From Octopus sinensis (Eukaryota): a stretch of 64,000 nucleotides of DNA. The stretch covers positions 6,386,001 through 6,450,000 of the forward strand of contig NC_043012.1 in assembly GCF_006345805.1 (NCBI RefSeq), in the 5' to 3' direction. The stretch's first letter is position 1; the number at the start of each line of letters is the position of its first letter. This document shows positions 40,350-54,041 of the stretch, piece after piece. Made by a program: the position numbers and the translations under genes. Under the pieces are notes generated by a model. The model had not been told where the DNA came from. It did no database searches and worked only from the letters and a program-made list of their open reading frames with translations.

Positions 40350-40685
40350 GAGAAGACCTGGAAACTAAAGTGAGATTGCAGCCACACATATCTGGCCCAG
40401 TTAAGAGCACCCCTGATGCATTGGACGATATGATATGCTTGAGAAGACCTGTTGAGTTAAGTAAAACCAATATTGCAGCTGTGGCCAGTGCCCCGACTAG
40501 CTACTGTGCCAGTGGCATGTAAAAAGCACCCACTACACTCTTGGAGTGTTTGGCATTAGGAAGGGCATCCAGCTGCAGAAACCTTGCCAGATCAGATTGG
40601 AGCTTGGTGAAGCTGCTAGCTCTCCAGACCTCAGTCATACCATCCTACCCATGCCAGCATGGAAAACAGACATTAAACGATAATG
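40350..40685 (+). mobile_element. SINE family D, (GAT)n-tailed (other copies near 17385, 18260, 43300, 54525, 58620)
   Basis: Shared ggcattaggaagggcatcc...catgccagcatggaaaa..gac.ttaaa body ending in GAT repeats. Confidence 0.8.
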
Positions 40686-40930
40686 ATATTTACACATATA
40701 CCCCCTTAGAGATTGCATTTCCAAAGTGCATGTGCAGATATAATATAACCACTTGTTATCTTATATCCAGTACAAAACTAATTGGTGAGATTGGTAGGAA
40801 TGGATCTATAATACTGCATACTTTAATTAATATATCCAGTTTATTGACAAATAAATGAGTGCTTACTTTTACTGACTCACACACACATACACATCATATA
40901 TATAATATAGATAGATAATATATATATATA

Positions 40931-41496
40931 CAGGGTGTTCAAAAGGTCGCTCTGCAGTGAATTGTTTGAAGACACCATCAACACTGAGAGATAATGATAA
41001 AATATTTTCTATCCATTTGTAGGTCAACTCACTGAAAGTGAAATTAATAATGCATACTTTCAGCAAGATGGAGCTACAGCAAATACTTCGTGCATCATCA
41101 CGGCGCTACTTCAAGAGGTTTTTGGTGAACAGATTATTTCGAAGGGACTTTGGCCACCAAGATCGCCTGATTTAACACTACCAGACATTTTTTCTGGGGA
41201 GCAAATAAAGGATCAGAGTACAAGAATCGCCCAAAAACCATTAATGAGCTAAAAGACGCAATCATAACCATCACACGGTCCATACCACATGAGATTCTCC
41301 AAGATGTATTTCAAAACATGTGTAGAAGAGTCAACTTATGTAGTATTGAAAATTAAGGACGACACTTTAAACATCTCTTATAAAGTTTTTTCAAGTCTTG
41401 CAAAGTCTGATATATTCTACTGTAGTCTTATACCATCTCAGAAATATTTATTTTGGAATAAAATACTTACTGAGGAGAGACTTTTTGAACACCCTG
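40931..41496 (+). mobile_element. Internally deleted rosa-like Tc1/mariner element (566 bp)
   Basis: TA|CAGGGTGTTCAAAAGGTC...GACTTTTTGAACACCCTG|TA. Encodes AYFQQDGATANT...IISKGLWPPRSPDLTLPD/FFWG...PKTINELKDAI...GRHFKHLL* with a frameshift and a stop. Confidence 0.92.
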
Positions 41497-41836
41497 TATT
41501 ATCTATGTGTATATATATATATGCATGTGTGTATGCATGTGTATACACATGCTGGGCATCAACACAGTTTCTGCTGACTAAATTCACTCACCAAGACATT
41601 GGTCAGCCCAAGAGTATAGAAGAAGAGACTCGCTCAAAGTGTCACACAATGAGACTGAACTCAAAACTCTGTGACTGCAAAGTGAGTTTCCTAACTTCCT
41701 GGTCGTGCCTGCAGTTGCAATTTTGCAATTAGGAACTTTTGCACAATGTAACTGGTTACCTATCTGGAGAAAAGCAAGGAAGTTTCACAATCCCTACATA
41801 ACTTAACAGCAAGGAAAATAGAAAATTCTGGCTCAC

Positions 41837-41861
41837 AGTGACATCTTGTAGATAACGAGAG
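41837..41861 (-). CDS. 25-nt microexon candidate
   Basis: Acceptor tttatttttatttttaccag, donor gtgagc. No stop in any frame. Confidence 0.45.
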
Positions 41862-44109
41862 CTGGTAAAAATAAAAATAAATGTAAATGTATAAATGAGG
41901 TTGCTTTCTGCATTTGACCAGAACTGATTAACTGCAGTTTATTACAAGATGATTGGATTGCATCCTTAAATAGGTTGTTAATGAGGATTTAATAGTAATC
42001 AATTGTCACCACAGCATTGATTGTAACCATATTTATGTAATTATATTATAATATAAAGCAGTGTGGAGAAGAGCGGCAGAGTGGCGGAAATGTTAGAGAA
42101 CTTGCCTAAAATACATTACAATACATTACGATACAATATTTAACTTTGTCTGTCTGTCTGTCTCTTTCTCTCCCCTTTGACTTCAAACATCTACTGGGAT
42201 TAATGTATTAGCAGATCCTGTTTAATTTCATGGCAAGTCCTATAATGATTGATCTAATAATAGTGATCAATGGGTTTTAACATTAATTGTAACTATTAGA
42301 CATAAATAATTTATGTAACATTATAAGAGAAATAAAGAGAAAGAATGCTTAGAAAGTGCTAGGAATGGTAATGTTGTCTGCCTTACTATTCTCCTGTTCT
42401 TTGACTGAGCTACACAAGCGAACATGTATTTAGCCACTTGATGTGCTAGAAATTGCAGCTAAATCTTCCCTAATTTGCACATTCTTAGAAAAGGACAAGT
42501 TGGATAACATGACCCTATATTCTCTGCACAGAGGGAAATGATGGAATGGTCACAGCTACAATAATACTTTTGATTATAAAACTCACTTACTCAAAGCTGA
42601 TCTGGGGTTAAAAAAATGCTGTCTGTTTTTCTCAAATTCGTTTCTCATTAATTATCTCCCTTGATTAGCATTCTTACTGATTATCTCCCCCATTAGACTT
42701 ATTAGCATTCTTATCAATTCTCTTCTCCTATTAGACCTATTAGCATTCTTATTGATTATCTCCCCCTATTAAACTGCAGTCCAATATATGAATCAATCTG
42801 TGACCTCATCTCACTCTTTACCATTTTCTCTGTATTCTTCAGTATTTTCCCTTTTATTTATCTCTTCCCCCACTATTTGGCATCACCACAAAACATCTCT
42901 CTACACCCAAAAGTATGTCTTCAAAGGTAGACTTTTCCACTTCCATACAGCCAAAACTTTACTCTTGTCTATCTATACTCACTAGTTTGCCTATGCACAC
43001 AATTAGGGTATAAGACGTTTTGCACACACAGTTGCTTTGGTGCCAGCTATTTGGCTTTGATGATTCGATGAAGACTTATTTGACATCAGACGTTTTTATG
43101 TTTCTCTCACGTTTCTTACTTTGTCTCTCTTTCTTTCTCTGTTTATGTGTATGAAGAGAAGGAATGTGTTTTTGTCTCAATCTTGTTAGATTAATAAATT
43201 GTAATATTTTTCTCTCTGCCCACACCCCACTCTCCTTCCTTCTCCCTCTCCCTCTCCTCCTCTCCCTCTTTTTATAAGTACATGTATTTTTCTACACATC
43301 ATCATCATCATCATCACCATCATCATTTAGCGTCTGCTTTCCATGCTAGCATGGGTTGGACGGTTCAACTGGGGTCTGAGAAGCCAGAAGGCTGCACCAG
43401 GCCCAGTCTGATCTGGCAATGTTTCTACGGCTGGATGCCCTTCCTAATGCCAACCACTCCATGAGAGTGGTGGGTGCTTTTTACGTGCCACCAGCACAGG
43501 TGCCAGACGGGGCTGGCAATGGCCACGTTCGGATGGTTCGCTTACGTGTCACCGGCACTGGTATCACAGCTACAATTTCCATTGATGTTGATCGATTTCG
43601 ATTCTGATTCTCATACAAATACAAATGTGTGAGAGGGTTGTGTGTATGTGTGTGTGTGGGTGGGTGTTTGCCTTCAGTTCCAAAAAGTACTGCCGGCAAA
43701 ACATGCAGAATGCCATCCACTCAGCCATGCCACATTGTCATCACCCAAACAGCTGCATCCAATACTCCCATTCCAACACCATCACTATTTTCCACAGATC
43801 TTCTTGTACCTCTTGTCTTGTGTTCCACTCTTTTCTGCATTCAACTCAGTCTGGAGTTTTTGCTTGTGTTTGCCTTTCATCTCTCCTAGAATTTCATCTC
43901 TCGGCAACATTTTATACAGATTCAATGATGAAACATGTATGTGTGTATGTATATATGCATGCATGTATATATATATATGTATATATGTATGTGATTTTTG
44001 TTTGAGTTTAATTAAAATTCTTAAAAGAGTTCAAGCCAGTCGCTAACGAAGTGACAAGACATTTTGAGTGAAGAGATTTCCCGATGTTTCTGAATATATG
44101 GTTGAGTAG

Positions 44110-44281
44110 GTGTGTTGGTTGAATTGGCAATGTACACATCCAAGTGTGTGCATCTATTCACATAAGAATTTCAGATGGAGAATTTTTGAATGTCTTACAG
44201 ACTTCACTGTGCCACTAATATATTGAATTTGGAGAATCCGTACCAGTTCCTTTTGTTCTTTTTTCATGAAACTGGGTATTT
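44110..44281 (-). mobile_element. 3' remnant of an RLE-type (R2 superfamily) non-LTR retrotransposon
   Basis: Encodes ...KEQKELVRILQIQYISGTVK/CKTF. Homologous to 50820-51000 (+), and the CKTF end also appears at 45270-45500. Confidence 0.65.
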
Positions 44282-44667
44282 CTAGGTATGTATGTAAGTG
44301 TGTGTGTGTGTGCGTGTGTGTGTTTGTGTGTGTGTGTTATGAAATTTGGGGCAGATGTATCAGATTTCTACAGCAAAAGAATTAAAACAGAAGTGTGTCA
44401 TTCAAGGGAGGTCCAGCTGCTATTTCTTGCAGGGCCAGCGACTGCACAAAAGTTCCATTGTTGGCTTGAGTATTGAATTGATTTTAATAATTGTTAACAT
44501 TCAACCTTTTGGCAGATGTGGCCTCTGGTCATCTTCAGATGTCCATCATCTTCAGTTATGTTCTAAACATTTGGAATTGAATACTTTTATCAAAACTATG
44601 GGGGTAGATTGTGGTCATTGCATTGTCCATATGAAGAATATTCTTCCTGTTTCTTCTACCTCCAGAG

Positions 44668-44927
44668 TAGTGGTTCTCAACCATTTTTTGCCTGTAAACC
44701 CCTATGGTTCCTGTATTATTCCAATGGACTTTTATACCCCATTCAATGTTGAGCAAAAAATATTCATATTATAGTTTTATACTTAAATATTAATGTGAAC
44801 TGAATGAAAAAAAAATTGTTAAAATATTTCGTGAATTGTAGATGTATAATCACTGTATTGCACGTAAGATTTAACAACAAAATCTTATGTGAAAGGGTCA
44901 TGTGTATATATACATTGAGAACTGCTG
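44668..44927. mobile_element. hAT-like MITE
   Basis: Ends TAGTGGTTCTCAA ... TTGAGAACTGCTG. Confidence 0.55.
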
Positions 44928-45269
44928 ATCAAAAGTATATAGGGTTTGGTTGAGCCAAGGATTGAACTCAGGTTCACAGGCTAAACTACTACAGTTAACT
45001 TCAGTAACAACACATCTGGTAGAATAATTCATATGGAGAATATCCTTAGTATGGACAATGAAATAACAATGGAATATATGTGTTACCACATACATACATG
45101 CATACATACATACATACATACATACATACATACATACATACATACATAATACATACATATATGCGTGTATGCATGCATTAATACATATTCTCTCTCGCTC
45201 TTTCTATCACACACACACACACACACACACGCACACACACACACGGAGGGGAAATCACTTGTCCAGCAG

Positions 45270-45605
45270 TTGTTAGAGCTGAAAATCATCAAAAAAGAAA
45301 ACACCTATGTTGAACTATTGAAAAACTTATAGCTACTCCACTGGATCACAAGTTCAGATTTATAGCCATAGTTATTGGAGCCCTAGGGTTATATAACAAA
45401 CTGCCTCAAGATATCTTGAGGAAAAAGGTTTCTCAAAACCAGAAAAAAAAAGCTATTGACGAAAGTGTCAAAATATGTAAAACTTTCCAAAAGTTTAGTA
45501 TATGATTTTATATGCACATGTCTAGACATGCAACTATATATATGAATATACATACATAAAACAAAACATACTCATCTGCACATGCACTGACTCCAAAGAT
45601 TTGCA
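45270..45605 (+). mobile_element. RLE-type LINE 3' remnant ending in (TA)n
   Basis: Frameshifted KENTYVELLKNL*...HKFRFIAIVIGALG...VKICKTFQKF. Confidence 0.65.
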
Positions 45606-45721
45606 TATATATATATATATATATATATAGGGAAAGTTTACGAAAAAAACAGAATCCGAAGACAGGTGATGTAGAAAACAAACAGATGTATTAGTATAAT
45701 GCTCAGGAATAGAAAAAAAGT

Positions 45722-45757
45722 CTTTTAAGTTTCGAGCCTACGCTCTTCTACAGAAAG
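45722..45757 (-). ncRNA. Variant hammerhead motif (CUGUAGA core), cleavage site mutated
   Basis: CTTT-CTGTAGA-A-GAGC-GTAG-GCTC-GAAAC-TTA-AAAG. Confidence 0.5.
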
Positions 45758-48700
45758 GAACACAGAAAAAACAAGGAGAGAAAAAAATGTGTGTAGTGGC
45801 TAACGATCTATCATGGTGTATATATATATACACCCATACATGCATAACTATCCTGTTGATGTTGCTGAAATTGCAATGAAGGAGCCTTGGATCTAGGTTA
45901 GAAACCAGGTCTTTCTTCAATCTAGAAATAAAACTAAATCATAACATACATACATTCACTCACGCACACAGAGTCAAGGTCAGGTTATCATAGAAAACTG
46001 AAGTGAATCTGAAAATAATTTTTAATTATTGGAAATCATATTCAAAATGAGAAGACAAACCATTAGGATTAATGAATTTTTTTCACAAAAGGAGAATGAA
46101 GGAGAATTCCAAATTTCAACTAAGTAATAATGTTAAATCAAGGTATGCAGAGAGAATTAGTTAAACTTTTGATAGCAATGGTGACAACATGACAACTTTA
46201 GATATGTTTTAGTCTAAGTCGTCCTCTTCAGTAAAACCTAGCTACCAGACCAAGAACAATTTTGTATAGCTGCAAGTAGCAACGAAACTCATGACTTCAG
46301 TTCATCGTATTGTTACCCCTAAAGTTTGGTCTTCTATTTGAATATTTATATATTTAGTCTGTCACTGTGCTGTTCCTAAAAACACGATGCCATCAGGGTT
46401 AATGCTTGTGAAAATAAAAAACAAAAATTTCTTACATAGACACATAAATACAGAATTTTGATGAAGATGAAGTGAAAATAATGTTTTTATTGAAGGCATC
46501 AGCGAAAGAATTAACAGCTGCAAGTGGCAATCAGACTTTGAGTTATGATTTCAATTCATTACAAGCTTGCTCCTAAAGGTCAGTCTTCCATGCTGGAACT
46601 CAGAAGGATAAATGTCAGCACTATTACCATTCTTTGGTTTGTTTGTTTGAGAAAAATAAGAAAAGCCCATAGCCCTTTTTTCCCCTTCTTTTGTGTAAAG
46701 GCTGCCCTAAAGAAAAAGGTGGTAACAAGTATAGGAATATTTGGTGCAATTAATATCCAGTTTGAATTCTTGCAAGGTTTGCTGTGGAAGAAAGAAACAT
46801 GGGTGGGAACATAATTCCAGATGGAGCTTGATCCAGGAGAAACAAGTGTTAGGCAAAGTGGTCAGTACAAAATCTGGATGGTATCAGAGGTGGGCAGTGG
46901 GAGGGGGGGCGAGATATTGGTGCATCATGTCAGTAGGATGCATTGAATTATTATGTTTTGAGGGACAGGGTAGATTGTAGTATTAATAGGAGAGACAGGA
47001 TGAAAACACCACTTCATAAAGGTACTAGTTACAATATTTGGTGGTACCAGTTACGTTACATATAATTGGTAAATGTATTCCAAAACCTTGAATGAAGGCA
47101 GTGGGGCTGAGAGTCAGTGGTTAGTTCTGGTTTCATGACGTGTAAAGGATGAGAGAAACCTCCCCTCATGGAGAGGATGCCAATCTACTGCAGATAATTA
47201 TTATTGACAGACAGGTAAATTGAAGCATGTCCAATAAATTGTCCTGCTTAGGAACACAACAAAAGACCCACAGCAAGTTTGAACTTCCAGTCCAATGCCT
47301 CACTGACTCATCTATTTCATCATTGCTATATATTACACTCAACTACAATCCAAGGAAGGAGCCACTGCTTGGTCATCCATTCTACATGAAATAACAGCCA
47401 AATCCCCCTCATGTCATACTCTATAACTATACCATATGATACTACACTATGCAATATTATATGAGGAAATAAAAACGATAAACGTCGCCCTTTTCAAGCC
47501 TAGCCAGGCTCATGGGCCCAGTTTCCCGGTTTCTGTGGCGTATGTGTCCCCCACCCAAGCTGGACGGGATGCCAGTCCATCACAACATTACTCAAGAAAC
47601 AGGAAAAGAGAGTGAGAGAACGTTGTGGTGAAAGAGTACAACAGGGATCGCCACCACTCCCTGCTGGAGCCTTGTAGAGCTTTTAGGTGTTTTCGCTCAA
47701 TAAACACACACAATGCCCGGTCTGGGAATCAAAACCGCGATCCTCCGACCGTGAGTCCGCTGCCCTAACCACTGGGCCATTGCGATATGAGGAAATATTG
47801 AACAATTACAGTACTGTTAGAGAGCAGTGTTCTTGAGAACATTTTCAAGTAGAAGACAGAGAATGGCTCCATTAACAGCTGTGATTTAACACTTTAGCAT
47901 TCGGATATCAAGTGTAATGCTTATCCATTCAGATTGTTTTGAATATATCATTATCTTGTAGATTTGGAATTTCAATGCTATGATTGTTTACAATGATACT
48001 GTAGGGTAGGTGGGAGAAGCCAGATCTGGTCAGTTTGAACATAAGACAGGTTGAATATTTGGGTTAGATATGGCCTGTTTAAGTGCTAGGGGGTTAAGAA
48101 GCAAATTTATTTGTTGTTTAAAAGTTTCAAAACACATTTATAATGGTACAGCTCCTGATTTAATTCACAGGTGGAGATAGAGGGTCTTAATTCTGATGCT
48201 GACTAGAGACATAGTTAAAAAAAGGCTGATATGCCTCTAATGTTCTTACTCACCACAAATGGGATGATTTTCATCTCTCTCTGATATGTACTGTGTTTTT
48301 AAAACATAGTACATCCATAAAAGATATTATCTCCACATGAATACTGCAGTAACTTGTTTTTCAAAGATGTATTTATATTAATCATAGTACACAGATGACT
48401 ATTTTAATTTAATATTGCTTGTATTGCGTATAATGAATTTTTATTCAAGTCAAGCAGCTATTCACAATATCAGTGAATATTTATTCAGTATTTCTATGTA
48501 TTAAAGGTGACAAATATTATGTAAACATGCAGTTGACTGTGAGTACATACCATTGTACTCACAGTCAGGCTCAAGAAGCTGAAATGAATCTAGCATTCCT
48601 GTTAGTCATTGCTGAGATGGTTTTCATCTCCCTCCTACACATATTGTGCTTTTAAACACAGCACATCCATAAGAGATGTTAACTCTGGATGAATACCATA

Positions 48701-49163
48701 GTAAATTTGCCTTTCAATTATGTATTTACATTAAATATGATATATAGATGGCAATTTTAACTTAATACTACTTCCATTGCATATAATTGATAATGTCTGT
48801 TTCAATTAGCTTATTTCATTTCTTGGGCAATTTACACGACTGAGAGCATAAGACTCATTAGTCTGTGGCACAGTTAATCCCTACTTAGCACCAGTAGTCA
48901 ATTTTAGCTGAGGGAACTGAAGCAACATAAAATGAAGTAACTTACTTAAGAGCACAATATACCACTTGGCCCAAGACTTGAACTCATGGCCTAACTGTTG
49001 TGAGCTTAATACTCTAACCATTAAGCCATGTAAACAGAGATAGAACTAGTATTACATTGTTAACTAGTCATAGCAGAAAAGACCTCAAATCAAGGACACT
49101 AGTTGCAATCATTCCATCTACCTGCATGCCAGTGACCCAATTAATCCATATATACTTCCATTT

Positions 49164-49401
49164 TTAACCCTTTAACTGTGAAATGAAATTTCATGGTTAT
49201 TCCAGTAATGATGTAAAATATCTACCAAAAAATGGAACTGGTATTTTCTACAAGTCATATTGCTTCCATAAACTTCCATAAAATAGTTTCAGACATGACA
49301 TTATCTAACCAAAGATAGATTGGTATCTACAACTCCTTTCTGTAGTTAAGGATTACGAAATTCTGACTGGATATATTTGATTCTAGCAGTAAAAGAATTA
49401 A
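49164..49401. mobile_element. piggyBac-like MITE (uninterrupted copy)
   Basis: TTAA|CCCTTTAACTG ... CAGTAAAAGAA|TTAA, homologous to 54042-54466. Confidence 0.65.
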
Positions 49402-50095
49402 AACAGAAGGGTGTGATTTAAGGGAGGTTAGGCTGCTATTTCTTGTAAGGTTAGTGACTGCACAGCGGTTCCATTGTTAGCTTGGGTATTGAATTGATTT
49501 GACTAATTGTGAAGTACTAAAAAAATGCCGATATTCTTGCAAAAAAAAAAAGGTAAATGATAAGAAACTGAAAAATCTTAATGTGCAAAAAAAAAAAAAA
49601 AAGGTTAATTGATATAGAATAGAAGCTTTATGCTATGTGTTTCTCTCAGCCCAAGAATTCTGTTTTGCATGCTTCCTGCGAAAGAAAGTGCTTTATGAAG
49701 AATTTGCAACAAAATATATCGGCTAAATTAGTTTGCTTTTGGATCATAAGCGCAATTGAGATGAAATTTTATGCAAAATTTTAGACCGAAATAGTACCAT
49801 GCATTTCCTATGATCAAAAGAAACAGCTCAGGCTGTTGATATCGTTTCATGCATGGTGGGGTATTGTTGCCAGGGCTGCACAGAGATGTAAATGCAATTA
49901 GGGAGTGTTCTGATAGCATTGAAAAAAAAAACTGTTGAATAAAAGCATTGGATAGTATTTCTAATAACCACTGCATATGAATAAAAAATGCTTAGTGGTG
50001 GCCATATTGGTGGTAAAGAATGAAGTTGTGGGGGGGAGGGGTTCGATTTTTTTTTTTTGTTTTCGGATTGGGTTAAAAATCTGACCGGTACTCAC

Positions 50096-50123
50096 ATGAA
50101 CGAGTCTGTCTTGTGGATGGAAT
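50096..50123 (-). CDS. 28-nt microexon candidate
   Basis: Acceptor aattttccccttttttttacag, donor gtgagt. No stop in any frame. Confidence 0.5.
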
Positions 50124-51216
50124 CTGTAAAAAAAGGGGAAATTTTGTCTAAAAAAATATCATTATTAGCTAAACTAGATCCTTGAATAAGCAGACCGTTT
50201 TTGTTTGTAAGAGCAAGCATCATCTTTCCTTTAGTTAGCCATCACCAATATGAACCAGTCTGTATGCATGCACACACACACACACAAACACATGAATACT
50301 TACACACACATATAGACATGCATATACACGTGCACAACCGATGCATACATACACACATACATACTTGAATACATTTGCACACACACACACATTATATTGC
50401 CTGGGTCAACTTTACTTTTCTATGGTCGACAAAATAAATATTGAACAAAGTGCTAGGGTCAATAAAATGAACCAATAGAAATGGTGCCTCAATGTTAGAA
50501 CACACATACACACACATACACACACACACACACCACATATACACCCACATAGATACATACATACATATTTACATGCATGCATGCATACATACATACATAC
50601 ATACATACATACATACATACATACATACATACATACATACATACATACATGCATACATACATACATACATACATGCATACATACATACATACATACATAC
50701 ATACATACATACATACATACATACATGCATACATACATACATACATGCATGCATACATACATATCATCATAGGTGTAGTAGTTTATGTACCCACAAATTA
50801 ACATAAAATTCTAGAAATAGGTTTTTATGATGAAAGAGCAAAAAGACCTGACACAGATTCTCCAAATCTAATCTATTAGCGGCACAGTGAAGATTAGTAA
50901 GACATTCCAAGGATTCTTCATCTGAGATTCTTTAGGTGAAGAGATGCTTGGACCCAAGTGTGTGCATCAACAGCTCAACCAACAAATCTACAAGCCAACT
51001 CAACCACAAATTTACAAACACTGGGAACTCTCTTGATGCCACAAGTCTTTTTATCATTTTGTTAGTGACTGGTTTCAACTCTCTCAAGAGCTTAAATAAA
51101 ACATATACACACACACACACATATAGGGAGAGAATTCACAAAAAAACAAAAGACAAAGACAGGTGGTGTAGGCAAAAAACAGATGTATTAGTATAACGGT
51201 TGGGAAGTGGAAAAGT

Positions 51217-51252
51217 CTTTAACGTTTCGAGCCTACGCTCTTCCACAGAAAG
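51217..51252 (-). ncRNA. Variant minimal hammerhead motif (CUGUGGA core), stems intact
   Basis: CTTT-CTGTGGA-A-GAGC-GTAG-GCTC-GAAACGTT-AAAG with palindromic ACGT stem III. Same repeat family as 45640-45830. Confidence 0.6.
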
Positions 51253-51711
51253 AAAGAACAAGGAGAGAAAATAAAGAATGTGTAGTGGGTAGCGATCTAT
51301 CATGGCAATCTATATATATAATAATGATAATAATAAAAGGGTAAAATTAATTAATTCATTAATTAATCAATTAATTAATTAATAATGAATTATTTTACCA
51401 AATAGTTTGGTACATTAAAATAACCTTTTCAGGTAAAATCATACAAATATTCTATAATTATAAGCATGATTATAGAATATTTGTATACACACACACACAC
51501 ACACATACACAAACCACAGACATGCACACGCATATGTACTATATTTGATGGTATATAAGATGCACATGTGTATTAGATGCAACCCAATTTCAACAGCATA
51601 TATTCAATAAAAATGTTTTTAGTGCATTAAAGCATGAGTAAAAGACCCAACTTTGCATATAAACTCAGGTTGATTTTTTAGGCATTTTTTAAAAAGAAAT
51701 ATGCATCTTAC

Positions 51712-51724
51712 ATCCCATCCAATA
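51712..51724 (-). CDS. 13-nt microexon candidate
   Basis: Acceptor tcatttcatatacag, donor gtaaga. Confidence 0.3.
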
Positions 51725-52322
51725 CTGTATATGAAATGACATGTATATTCATTCTTAAGACATTTTGACAAATTTTTGAACCTTGGATATGCAAATACAT
51801 TTTGCTGTTGGATTTCATTTTTCAGAGAACAACTTTGTTTTGATAATGTGTGTTGACAACACACATGCTTCACTGCTTCAGTGAATGAAGCAGTGAACTC
51901 TGAGACACTAGTGTTCAGTACAATTACGCCTATTCAGTCAGAGATCCAAGTGTTGAGCTCACAATGACTGAAGAGGCACATTCATGTCAAAACAGTGGTG
52001 GCTCAGAGTCTACTAAATTGCTTAAATATATTTGTTGTCCACATACACCATCTAAAGGGAGTTTCTGTTTCCTAAATATGAAATCTGATAGCAAAAAGCA
52101 CATTCATTCATTCATGTTCAAGCCATTGTTTTGTGTTCATAACTTTATACATACATATATATATATTTATATAATATATATATATATATTATATATATAA
52201 TATATATAATTATATATATATATACACATACATACACACAAACCACAACATCATATGTATGTGTGTATTTATATGTCTCTCAGTTGCTCTCTCTCTCTCT
52301 CTCTCTCTCTCTCCACTCTCTC

Positions 52323-52354
<32 letters not shown>

Positions 52355-52489
52355 CTATATATATGTAGTGTATGTATGTACGTATAAAATATATAAGAAT
52401 AAAAAACTAGTAACAAAGTGAAAATTCTTCGGTTGGACAGACAGTGAAGATGAGATTAAGATAACGAAATATTGTAATTGCATAGACAC

Positions 52490-52530
<41 letters not shown>

Positions 52531-54041
52531 CACACACACACGCACACACACACCACACCACGCACACTCATATTCTCCAATGATCTCCATACGTTTTTGT
52601 AAACGTCTTTTTTTTATTGTTTTGTGTATGTAAACAATATAAATGGGAGTTTTAATGTTTCCATATGTAAACAATAAAAGCACACACTCTCTGTGTATGT
52701 AGATATACATATACAGGTATATATATATATATATACATTTAACAATATACACACAGACACTCTCTGTAATGTACACCCCCCTATATACACACGTACTACA
52801 CAGAGCTAAACGCATGCAAATATAAAGACCTATATATTCTTCATGGGTCATAGCTATAAGGCGTTGTAAAGTATTCTGTTAGAGTTATGTTAAAGCTGGA
52901 ATTGGTTAAATCTCTGCTGAGCAGTTTTGGTTGAAAAATACTGATTCACATAGGTAAAGTGCCATCTTGTTTCTTATATAATTACACACTGAAACGCATG
53001 CATAAACACATACACATACAGACACACACACACATGTACACACACAATGCACACACACAGATGCGCACACACACACAGGTGCACACATATACACAAACTC
53101 ACTCACACATACATACATACTCACTCACACATGCACACACACTCATTGATGTTCACGCACGCACAGACACTCATGCACACACTCACTCACACACTCACAC
53201 ACACATATACTCATATACTCACTCACACACATATGCACACACACACACACACACCCATTGATGTACACACACACACTCACACATACATATACTTACATAC
53301 TCACTCACACACACATACACACACATGCACACACACAATCAGATACTCTCTTACACATAAGTACTTACACACAAATTTCAGGCAAAGTGTTTAATAAAAC
53401 CAATATCAAAAGCATTACTGGTAATTCTCTCATCTCAAAGACTATTGGCACTTTATTTCTCTGACAGGCAGATATTTTGCTCTGGCATCAACCAGTTCGA
53501 AAATGGTAGTTGCAAAGTTGCTAGTGGTGTTCTGAAAGCAATGTTAATGACAGTTGAACTGATAAAATGACTAAGTTTCAAGATGGAGGAACTACACCAT
53601 TACAGCCTTTATTTTGGCTTTACTACAGCTCATGTGTTTTTCCCCCTTGGGCACAGAACACACAGCTCTGTTTCCTTTATAATCTTATCTACTTGTCAAA
53701 CGATGTTTGCATATAACTAAACACAACACTAGCATAAATAACCCTTTACATCAAAGTTTTAGTCTGTGGCATTGTAAATAAAAGCTTATTGGGAAATCCT
53801 GTTTCAAAGATGAAGGTTCTGAGTTTAAACTTGCTCAAAAGATTTGTGATGTTTGTATCATACACAGTTCACGTGGCTGTCAAACAAATTTCATGTAGTT
53901 CATCATAGTTTAAAAATGTGACATTGGTAGACAAGGGATTTTGTTGAAATTTTGTTTTGGAAATAAAATTCTCTGGGTTTAACCATTTCGATACCAACCT
54001 GCTTTAGATTGCTTCTGGTTCTTTGAGACAAACTTTCTGTT

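Noticed and set aside
44199-44281. 83-nt minus-strand exon-like segment (IPSFMKKEQKELVRILQIQYISGTVKS) with a good donor
   Set aside because: Homologous to 50820-51000, and it is the C-terminus of an RLE-type LINE rather than a host exon
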